From the NCBI GenBank assembly GCA_015063385.1, contig SVUG01000005.1, positions 5,043-69,042 on the forward strand: DNA of 64,000 nt, written 5' to 3'. This document shows positions 35,167 to 42,173 of the stretch, piece after piece. This DNA is from Oscillospiraceae bacterium (lineage in GTDB: Bacteria; Bacillota; Clostridia; Oscillospirales; CAG-272). A program made the position numbers and the translations under genes. The notes under the pieces were generated by a model. It worked only from the letters and a program-made list of their open reading frames with translations, ran no database searches and had not been told where the DNA came from. Each line of letters starts with the position of its first letter. The stretch's first letter is position 1.

Positions 35167-36476
35167 TCAGATATGCTCCTTTCGGTTGTTTTTTCGGTTA
35201 ATCTTCTTTTTTCAATTATGCTCATATATCTATCAAAATCACAGCGTACAAAAAGCGGTACCTTGTAATCGGACAGGTCAAGTCCGCGGTAAACGTGGGA
35301 TAACAGTCCCGTTGCCGCAAGAATATGTCCGTTTATATCTCCCTCAGGGCTGCGCTCTATCGCTACGGGCATACCCTGTGAGGTTTGCGAGGAGAAATTA
35401 ACGCCGTAGGAGAACGAGCCGCTCTCCTTTTTAAACGCCACGACCTTTTTTGCCGTTGCGCGAATGGCTTCGGGTGCGGCGGCACGCACGGTGCGGATTA
35501 CCTCCTCCGCTTCCCTTTCGCCGTTCTCACCGCACTCGCGGAGCGAGCGAATCAGGTTGCCTATGGCAAACCAAGGGTTAAAGAGGTCTACTGCCCCGTT
35601 GACAGGCTCGTCGGAGAGCAAAACTCTGATGCAAGAGCCTGCAAGAGCCTTCGCGTGAGGGACTATGCGATGCATACCGTTGTATACACAAGTGATTTTC
35701 ATAACGCCGTTAATGGCAAAATAATTTTCTTCTTTATGCCACAGTCCGTTTTCGAACTGATGCTCATTCAAAAAATCAATACACTGATCCACAAGGCCCG
35801 CGTGCTTTATCATATCGGTCTGGCACGTCAGCTCGTGTCCTGTGGAGTATGATTGCTCGTTTATATTCCTTGATTCGAGGAATTCTGCAAACTTTTCTTT
35901 ACTTTTAAGGTGTTCAGGAAGAACTATGTCCTTTGATTCCTTTGCTTTTGCTCCGTCTGAAATGGAGACGTATTTCTTCGTTCTGCCGAAGGAGTTGAGT
36001 ATTTTGTTCGCCCACATCAAATCTCTGCTTCGTCTGGAGAAATTGATGTCCTTGCCCCAATGCTCGTGATAAAAATATCCGTCGGGGTCCTGCAGAGAGA
36101 GCGTCCATTCTGACAAATCATTCTGCATCCAATCGGGAAGCGCAAGTGACAGCTTGTTATCAAAGTCCTCTATCATTCCGCTGGACTCAAAGAAGCCAAG
36201 CGCCTGCGAGGTCGACTCAAGATCGGGACGCAGAAGATAGGTCTTACCCTTATATTCTCGGCTATCGTTGTCACGCGCACTGGCTGAATAATACCAGCCT
36301 GCACCGCTGACGTCATATAACGAGGCAAACCAGTCTATTGCATCGGGAGTATACACCTCGTACAGCTCCTTCATAGCATCGACTATCTCCTCACCGTTTT
36401 CACCGCCGATGGCGGCTGCAAGCGCGCGCCATCTGGGCTCGCGTATCTGTTCTCTTTGAATTTTATAGCTGTCCAT
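35163..36476 (-). CDS. cytoplasmic stand-alone paralog of the repeat-helical toroid-like domain
   Basis: 437 aa, no signal peptide. Colinear with aa about 183-640 of the 2180-aa protein (NGEEIV.A.K.LY, LQDPDGYFYHEHWG, AINGVMKITCVY, KKESGSFSYG). Its stop overlaps the next ATG (ATGA at 35163..35166). Confidence 0.8.
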   Translation of the reverse strand: MDSYKIQREQIREPRWRALAAAIGGENGEEIVDAMKELYEVYTPDAIDWFASLYDVSGAGWYYSASARDNDSREYKGKTYLLRPDLESTSQALGFFESSGMIEDFDNKLSLALPDWMQNDLSEWTLSLQDPDGYFYHEHWGKDINFSRRSRDLMWANKILNSFGRTKKYVSISDGAKAKESKDIVLPEHLKSKEKFAEFLESRNINEQSYSTGHELTCQTDMIKHAGLVDQCIDFLNEHQFENGLWHKEENYFAINGVMKITCVYNGMHRIVPHAKALAGSCIRVLLSDEPVNGAVDLFNPWFAIGNLIRSLRECGENGEREAEEVIRTVRAAAPEAIRATAKKVVAFKKESGSFSYGVNFSSQTSQGMPVAIERSPEGDINGHILAATGLLSHVYRGLDLSDYKVPLFVRCDFDRYMSIIEKRRLTEKTTERSISE

Positions 36477-36511
36477 AATTTCACCTAAAATAAGATGGGA
36501 TTGCTTCCCTT

Positions 36512-36561
36512 GGGTAGTTAATTTGCAAACTACCCCCGTACCACTGCTGACACGGGGGTAG
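36512..36561 (-). promoter_or_regulatory. two mutually exclusive hairpins between the 693-aa and 437-aa genes
   Basis: GGGTAGTT(36512..36519)/AACTACCC(36528..36535) and CTACCCCCGT(36530..36539)/ACGGGGGTAG(36552..36561) share nt 36530..36535. On the minus-strand RNA the 10-bp hairpin comes first and is followed by UUUGCAAAUU. Confidence 0.4.
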
Positions 36562-36586
36562 AGTCGTTTTGTAGATTATTCAGCAG

Positions 36587-38668
36587 TTACTGAATCGCCT
36601 TAAAGCATGTGTTGTCAATGTAAATATTTGCAGTAGAGCTTGGAGGTGCCCAGAGACGAATGAAGCGGAATGCCGTAGTGGTCTTAGTTGTAGCACCGGT
36701 GTATATAAGCTCACCGTTTACGTAATATTTAATTGCGCTACCGGTTGTCTTCCAGTCTTCAAACTCGAATCTGATATTCACCCACTCACCGGGGTTAACG
36801 ACCACCTTGCCTTCTCCGCGCTCGACGTAATAGGTTGTCACGTCATCAACCGTCTTCGCAGTGAATGCAAGAGATGTCATGCCTCCCCAGAAGGACGAAC
36901 TACCGTCAGTAGCCGTAGAGCTGTAGAACTGAAGGAACTCGTAATTCTGAGAGCTTCTGTTACTTGTAGCATCGATGAACATAATATCTGTTTCGAAAAC
37001 GTACTTATTTTTATTAAGAACGTCACTGGCAATATTGAAATATCCTGCAGATGCACTGGGATTGTTGGAAAGATGAAGCGCAGCATCACCATTTACGTTA
37101 ACTACTGATGCAGTGATACCCTCGCCGTCGAGAGTTGCACCGTTGGTAGCTGTCATCTTGCCTGCCTCGCCAAGAGCGGTTGCTGTAGTTCCGGTATAGG
37201 TAAGAGTGTTAGCGTCGGATGCGTAGCTACCCTCGCCGCGGCTACCTGCGTTGCCAACCGTGCCGAAGAAGGTGTTATCAAGGTAGAGAGTACCGGTAGC
37301 GGTCTTTCCATCAGCGCCGGGCATGCAAATACGTAGCTGGGAAATGCTGTTAGTGCTGGCAGCCTTCGTGCCCGAGCCAACGAGCTGACCGTTTACGTAG
37401 TATTTGATAACGTGATCAGCCTGCTTAACGTCCTCGAACTCAACGCGAAGGTTAATCCAGGAGTCAAGATCAAAGGTATAATCAAGACCCGTTGCAGTCA
37501 TTCTCAAAACGGGATTTTCGGCATCGGTAGTATCGTAGCTGATAGTAATGCTATCAAGCGCCCAGTTAACAAACGTCGCACCACCGTAATAGATGTGGAA
37601 GATTTCGCCGCCGGTACGCGTGCTTGCACAAGCAGCAACGTCGCTGTTAACCTTCAGGTCGGTTTCAAACGCGTAGACGTTGCCAATCTCGGGGCTGAAT
37701 CTGGGAATGTTTATGTAAGCCTCGTTTGAAGGAGCATTGCTTACGAAGCGTAGCGCGTAGTCACCGTTATCAAGCACGTGCTCTGCGTATAGGCCTTCAT
37801 TTTCAACGGCTTCACCCTTTTGAGTAGTGGTTGCCCACGTAGATATATTGCTAAAATCATTAGCACGGTCAAGGTAAATACCCGTACCGCGATAGGTGTG
37901 AGGAACGCAAAGAACGCTCTCTGTGACGCTGAAGGTTTCACCGTCAGATACCGTATCAACAAGCTCGCCTGCCTTGTTGTAGAGATTCCAGGTATCTGCC
38001 TTCTCATCACCCGTGTAGGTAAGAGAAATTTCGTCACCTACGAGGTAAGCACCCTTCTTATACTCTCCTGTGACGATACCGTCGGTCACCTTAACGTATC
38101 TGTAATTGGTGGGAATATCGTCTGCACCGCCGGGATAGTAATCGAGAAGAAGCTGTGCTGCGTCGCCTGCTGCAAGGAGCTTGCCGTAAGCCTCAGCCTT
38201 ATCCTCGTTATCGGTGGTAAAGATCATCTCGTTAAGATACTCAACTACGCTATATCTTCTCACAGGGCTCTTCGTGCCGTCAGCGGCAACAGCCTGAACG
38301 AAGAACTCGGTAGCAAGGTTCTTGAGTGCAACACCGGGAGTCTCAAACGCACGGCAGGTATAGCTTACGTCCTCGCCGCCGGGAATTACTACTTCCTCGT
38401 GAGCGGTGACGGTAGCAAGAAGCTCTGCCTCTGCATTCTTATCGGGATCTGCGGCGTATACGTTGAGCACCAAGCCCTCGGTATCCACGTTCTCGGGATA
38501 AACCGCATAGTAGAGATACATTTTTTCTGAATATTCAACCTTCTGGCTGATGATGTTAAGGCTCTTTTCAGGCTCACTCTCAACTGCAAAAGCAGTAATG
38601 CCGATGCAAGAAGCAACAAGGAGAACGAGCGAGATAGCCAGAACTATAATTTTAGTCTGTTTTTTCAT
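36587..38668 (-). CDS. secreted/lipoprotein member of the LamG-module family (unknown N-domain + 2 LamG-like modules)
   Basis: 693 aa. Signal MKKQTKIIVLAISLVLLVASC. The C-terminal module resembles the last module of the 2180-aa protein, including the linker RGEGSYASDANTLTYTGTTATALGEAGKM. Confidence 0.85.
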   Translation of the reverse strand: MKKQTKIIVLAISLVLLVASCIGITAFAVESEPEKSLNIISQKVEYSEKMYLYYAVYPENVDTEGLVLNVYAADPDKNAEAELLATVTAHEEVVIPGGEDVSYTCRAFETPGVALKNLATEFFVQAVAADGTKSPVRRYSVVEYLNEMIFTTDNEDKAEAYGKLLAAGDAAQLLLDYYPGGADDIPTNYRYVKVTDGIVTGEYKKGAYLVGDEISLTYTGDEKADTWNLYNKAGELVDTVSDGETFSVTESVLCVPHTYRGTGIYLDRANDFSNISTWATTTQKGEAVENEGLYAEHVLDNGDYALRFVSNAPSNEAYINIPRFSPEIGNVYAFETDLKVNSDVAACASTRTGGEIFHIYYGGATFVNWALDSITISYDTTDAENPVLRMTATGLDYTFDLDSWINLRVEFEDVKQADHVIKYYVNGQLVGSGTKAASTNSISQLRICMPGADGKTATGTLYLDNTFFGTVGNAGSRGEGSYASDANTLTYTGTTATALGEAGKMTATNGATLDGEGITASVVNVNGDAALHLSNNPSASAGYFNIASDVLNKNKYVFETDIMFIDATSNRSSQNYEFLQFYSSTATDGSSSFWGGMTSLAFTAKTVDDVTTYYVERGEGKVVVNPGEWVNIRFEFEDWKTTGSAIKYYVNGELIYTGATTKTTTAFRFIRLWAPPSSTANIYIDNTCFKAIQ

Positions 38669-38704
38669 TTCATTTCACCTTTCAAATAAATTTTAGTTTA
38701 CGAC

Positions 38705-38866
38705 TTACCAATCGCGAGGATCTACGGGAGTCCACTCGCCTCCGTTTCCTTCACCATCGGGGTCAAGCGTGCCGCCGCCCGACGTTGTAATCACGTCTGC
38801 AGTAGAAAACAAAACGATCTTCATTTTTGCTTCCTCATACGCTTTCTTTAGTTCAAGAGTATTCAC
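38705..38866 (-). CDS. small ORF (53 aa from GTG 38866; 59 aa from ATG 38884), first gene of the 693/437/2180 operon
   Basis: GGAGGT lies 6 nt before the GTG. Translation (M)NTLELKKAYEEAKMKIVLFSTADVITTSGGGTLDPDGEGNGGEWTPVDPRDW. Below the 60-aa track cutoff. No family recognised. Confidence 0.45.
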   Translation of the reverse strand: MNTLELKKAYEEAKMKIVLFSTADVITTSGGGTLDPDGEGNGGEWTPVDPRDW

Positions 38867-38908
38867 GTTTTTACCTCCATTCATCTAATTTTTTATTATT
38901 CCATTTTA

Positions 38909-38937
38909 ATAATATCATATATAAACAAAAAGTGTTA
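38909..38937 (-). promoter_or_regulatory. promoter of the small-ORF/693/437/2180 operon (weak -35)
   Basis: Minus-strand TAACAC (38937..38932), 17 nt spacer, TATTAT (38914..38909). The same layout occurs upstream of the 894-aa gene. Confidence 0.5.
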
Positions 38938-38955
38938 GCAAAATATATAAAAGAT

Positions 38956-38973
38956 ACTTGTAAAATTCATAGA
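38956..38973 (-). promoter_or_regulatory. conserved 18-mer TCTATGAATTTTACAAGT (candidate AraC-regulator site)
   Basis: Lies 18 nt upstream of the TAACAC box. 16/18 identical to 44975..44992 at the same spacing. Overlaps the -35 of the divergent araC-type promoter. Confidence 0.5.
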
Positions 38974-38986
38974 TTTATGTTATAAT
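38958..38986 (+). promoter_or_regulatory. araC-family gene promoter, copy 1 (drives the truncated copy)
   Basis: TTGTAA (38958..38963), 17 nt spacer, TATAAT (38981..38986). Confidence 0.55.
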
Positions 38987-39028
38987 AAATAACAAAAAGG
39001 ACAAAAAGCAAAAGGGAAGGAGAAAAAT

Positions 39029-39406
39029 ATGATTTCACATATAGGTACGAAGGCTACGCTGGCACCCCAGGATTTGTATCCCGACCACACTCATCATTGC
39101 TTTGAAATAACCTATATACACGAGGGGTGCGGCTTTATGCACACCGCAAACGGTGACATGCCGTTTGAGAAAAACAGCTTTTACATTATACCGCCCAACG
39201 CGATACACAGTCTGGTTTCAGCCAACGGGCACATAGCAACGTCCATGCTAACCAGAAACGAGCGCCTATCAAGCATACGCGACGTGATGTGGGCAAGAGA
39301 CGTTGTAATCACGTCTGCAGTAGAAAACAAAACGATCTTCATTTTTGCTTCCTCATACGCTTTCTTTAGTTCAAGAGTATTCACGTTTTTACCTCCATTC
39401 ATCTAA
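39029..39406 (+). pseudogene. truncated duplicate of the AraC-family regulator (cupin half only)
   Basis: The first 92 codons are identical to 39547..39822. At the duplication junction the frame runs into antisense small-ORF sequence (VITSAVENKTIFIF...). No HTH domain. Confidence 0.85.
39181..39402 (-). pseudogene. chimeric duplicate of the small ORF
   Basis: The first 35 codons are identical to the intact copy (MNGGKNVNTLELKKAYEEAKMKIVLFSTADVITTS). It then reads antisense through the truncated araC copy. Confidence 0.75.
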
Positions 39407-39473
39407 TTTTTTATTATTCCATTTTAATAATATCATATATAAACAAAAAGTGTTAGCAAAATATATAAAAGAT

Positions 39474-39504
39474 ACTTGTAAAATTCATAGATTTATGTTA
39501 TAAT
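39474..39504 (+). promoter_or_regulatory. copy 2 of the 18-mer and araC-family promoter (drives the intact regulator)
   Basis: Exact duplicate of 38956..38986, shifted by 518 bp. Confidence 0.55.
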
Positions 39505-39546
39505 AAATAACAAAAAGGACAAAAAGCAAAAGGGAAGGAGAAAAAT

Positions 39547-40296
39547 ATGATTTCACATATAGGTACGAAGGCTACGCTGGCACCCCAGGATTTGTATCCC
39601 GACCACACTCATCATTGCTTTGAAATAACCTATATACACGAGGGGTGCGGCTTTATGCACACCGCAAACGGTGACATGCCGTTTGAGAAAAACAGCTTTT
39701 ACATTATACCGCCCAACGCGATACACAGTCTGGTTTCAGCCAACGGGCACATAGCAACGTCCATGCTAACCAGAAACGAGCGCCTATCAAGCATACGCGA
39801 CGTGATGTGGGCAAGAGACGTTGATAATCACGAGCTCGAGAGCATTATAAAAATTATGGTCGAGCACAGGAGCGACCTTGGTGAATTTTTGCAGTATCTC
39901 GGAAAGGCCGTGGTGCTGATTATGCTTGATTTGATTGGAATAGACGAGCTGGAGCAGGCTCGTTCTAAGGCCGTTGAGCAGATAATTACCAAAATCAACC
40001 GTCATTTTTCCGACCCTGAGTTCAAGGTTAAGACCGCGCTCGAAGAATCGCCTTACGCTGAGGATTACATCAGAGAAATTTTTAAGGCACAAACCGGCTT
40101 GACGCCAATGCAGATGCTCTCCGAGGTGCGCCTCAAGCACGCGGAAAATATTATGCTTTACTCATTGTCGGAGCGTTCAATATCCAATATTGCGCTAGAG
40201 AGCGGATTTGACGACCTCGCTTACTTTTCCAAGGTGTTCAAAAAGCGATTTGGAATGTCGCCCGCGGAATATAAGAAAAAGAACGGCAAGCTCTGA
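39547..40296 (+). CDS. AraC-family transcriptional regulator (cupin sensor + AraC HTH)
   Basis: 249 aa with GGAAGGAG RBS. The C-terminus ISNIALESGFDDLAYFSKVFKKRFGMSPAEYKK is a typical AraC second HTH. Confidence 0.9.
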   Translation: MISHIGTKATLAPQDLYPDHTHHCFEITYIHEGCGFMHTANGDMPFEKNSFYIIPPNAIHSLVSANGHIATSMLTRNERLSSIRDVMWARDVDNHELESIIKIMVEHRSDLGEFLQYLGKAVVLIMLDLIGIDELEQARSKAVEQIITKINRHFSDPEFKVKTALEESPYAEDYIREIFKAQTGLTPMQMLSEVRLKHAENIMLYSLSERSISNIALESGFDDLAYFSKVFKKRFGMSPAEYKKKNGKL

Positions 40297-40313
40297 CGGC
40301 TCGTCGTTTTCAC

Positions 40314-40349
40314 AAAAAACGGTTAGGACTAAACGCCTAACCGTTTTTG
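40314..40349. terminator. bidirectional terminator between the convergent araC-type and GH2 genes
   Basis: AAAAACGGTTAGG-8 nt loop-CCTAACCGTTTTT. 13-bp stem with A/T runs. Confidence 0.8.
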
Positions 40350-40363
40350 TTATTTCATGAAAT

Positions 40364-42076
40364 TTAAAACGTTTTTGTTTGTTTTGTTATATTTCGGTAT
40401 ATTTCCTTCACCGCGAAGAAGGACGCCTTCGGATTTCTGTATTCGTTAAGAAGTCCCTTGTTGTTGTAGCCTCTTGCGCGAGAAATTCCCGCCTCGTACG
40501 AGGTTCTGACGTCACAGAATTGCCAGATGTACGTGCCGACCATCATGGGATCGCCAAGGAACAGATTCAAGCAGTGCGAAAGCAATCTCGCCTGATATTC
40601 CTCGCTCCAGCGATAAGTTTCAAAATTGCGGTGACCGTACACTGCTGCGCCGCCGAACTCGCTCATGATTACGGGCTTGTTATCAAAGCCGAGCTTGCTC
40701 CTGTACGCGCGGAAGTCCTCGATGAATTTACCCCAGGATTCAATGTCACCCTCGTACCAGCCGTTGTACTGGTTAAGACAGATGATATCACAGTATTCAA
40801 ATGAAATATCGCTAAGCGCCTTGTTAGAAGCATAGGTGACGATGCGGTTGCCGCCGATTTCCTTTAAGAGCGAGTAATACTTTTTAGTCATTTCAAGACC
40901 GGCAACGGTATCCGAAAGAATTTCGTTATGCATACCCCAAATTATGATAGAGGGATGGTTGTAATAATGCTTTACCATCTCACGATGCATTTCCTCGCCT
41001 CGACGAATTACCACGGGGTCAAGAAGCACGCTCTCCTCAAATCCAACGCCCCAAATCGGGATTTCGCTCCAGAAGGTTATTCCCCTCTCGTCGAGCATGT
41101 CAACGAATGCAGGATTGTTTGGATAATGAGCTCCGCGGAGCGAGTTGCAGCCCATGTCGACAGCAATATCAATGTCGCGCCTCATGAGCGCGCTCGGAAA
41201 GGCAAAGCCGAAGTCGGGGTGGTCCTCGTGCCTGTTTACACCGCGGATGCGGTATTCGCTACCGTTGAGCAAAATTTTGCCGTCGCTCACGCATATTTTA
41301 CGGAAGCCAACGCGGTCAAAAAGGTCATCAGATGAGGTTGAAATTTTCACATCATATAGTGCCGGATTTTCCGCAGACCATAGCGAAAAATCAGTAATTT
41401 TGACAGCATTTGTAAATTCTTCTTTACATTCCCCCGCTTTTAAGAGCGATTCAAATTCAAAATCGGCGCCCGCGACGCTAACCCTTATAGTATCTTTTAT
41501 TTCTTTTTCGGAGGCATTATACAGTTCAAGGGCGACTCGAAGATTAAGCTCGCAAAGATCGTCGGAAAGCTCGTACTCCACCCTGTTTGAAAGTATCGAA
41601 ACACCCTCAAGGCGCTCAACGCTTACGGAACGAATAATACCTCCGCAGTGATACCAGTCGACCAAAGCCTGTGGAATCGACTGCTCGTCGAAGGAATTGT
41701 CTACTCTTACGGTGAGTCGATGCTCTCCGCTTGTGACGTCGCGCACTATCAGCTCAAAGGGGCAAAAGCCGCCGTAATGATAGCCTATTTCCTCTCCGTC
41801 AAGATAAACTCGCGACTCGGTCATCACCGCACCGAAAACAAAGCGCAGCGTGCCGCCGTGGCTGAAGAATTGACGCTCGTACCAAGCCACTCCCTCGTAC
41901 TCGAGCAATCCAAGCTGGGTATTCCATACGGACGGCACTATCACCGTCTGTGCGTTGGGAATCCCTCTTTGCCATCTTTCGCTATCTCCTCGATTATCGG
42001 GGTCGGTTGCAAATTTCCACGCTCCGTCGAGCGACTGCACAGCTCTTTTTATGTGTTCATCAAAAAGCCTCGTCAT
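40364..42076 (-). CDS. GH2 glycoside hydrolase (beta-glucuronidase/beta-galactosidase type), no signal peptide
   Basis: 570 aa. Motifs GAWKFATDP, YEGVAWYERQF, NRHEDHPDFG, IIWGMHNE (acid/base block) and VIMSEFGG (nucleophile block). Confidence 0.85.
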   Translation of the reverse strand: MTRLFDEHIKRAVQSLDGAWKFATDPDNRGDSERWQRGIPNAQTVIVPSVWNTQLGLLEYEGVAWYERQFFSHGGTLRFVFGAVMTESRVYLDGEEIGYHYGGFCPFELIVRDVTSGEHRLTVRVDNSFDEQSIPQALVDWYHCGGIIRSVSVERLEGVSILSNRVEYELSDDLCELNLRVALELYNASEKEIKDTIRVSVAGADFEFESLLKAGECKEEFTNAVKITDFSLWSAENPALYDVKISTSSDDLFDRVGFRKICVSDGKILLNGSEYRIRGVNRHEDHPDFGFAFPSALMRRDIDIAVDMGCNSLRGAHYPNNPAFVDMLDERGITFWSEIPIWGVGFEESVLLDPVVIRRGEEMHREMVKHYYNHPSIIIWGMHNEILSDTVAGLEMTKKYYSLLKEIGGNRIVTYASNKALSDISFEYCDIICLNQYNGWYEGDIESWGKFIEDFRAYRSKLGFDNKPVIMSEFGGAAVYGHRNFETYRWSEEYQARLLSHCLNLFLGDPMMVGTYIWQFCDVRTSYEAGISRARGYNNKGLLNEYRNPKASFFAVKEIYRNITKQTKTF

Positions 42077-42123
42077 TTCTTTTCCTCTTATTCGTATTTT
42101 ATGTGCCGAATTTTATTTTATAA

Positions 42124-42156
42124 GGCAAGAGAAAATAAATTTTAGGTTCTCTTGCC
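42124..42156 (-). terminator. intergenic hairpin between the 894-aa gene and GH2 (attenuator or partial terminator)
   Basis: GGCAAGAGAA-13 nt loop-TTCTCTTGCC, followed on the minus-strand RNA by the U/A-rich run UUAUAAAAUAAAAUU. Confidence 0.4.
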
Positions 42157-42173
42157 TATGTCTTTAGTGTTTG

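Larger units (their letters stand above)
38781..39816. repeat. perfect tandem direct duplication, 2 x 518 bp
   Basis: 38781..39298 and 39299..39816 show no mismatch on visual comparison. Junctions lie in the near-repeat GACGTTG[T/AT]AATCACG, present at 38781, 39299 and 39817. Confidence 0.95.
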
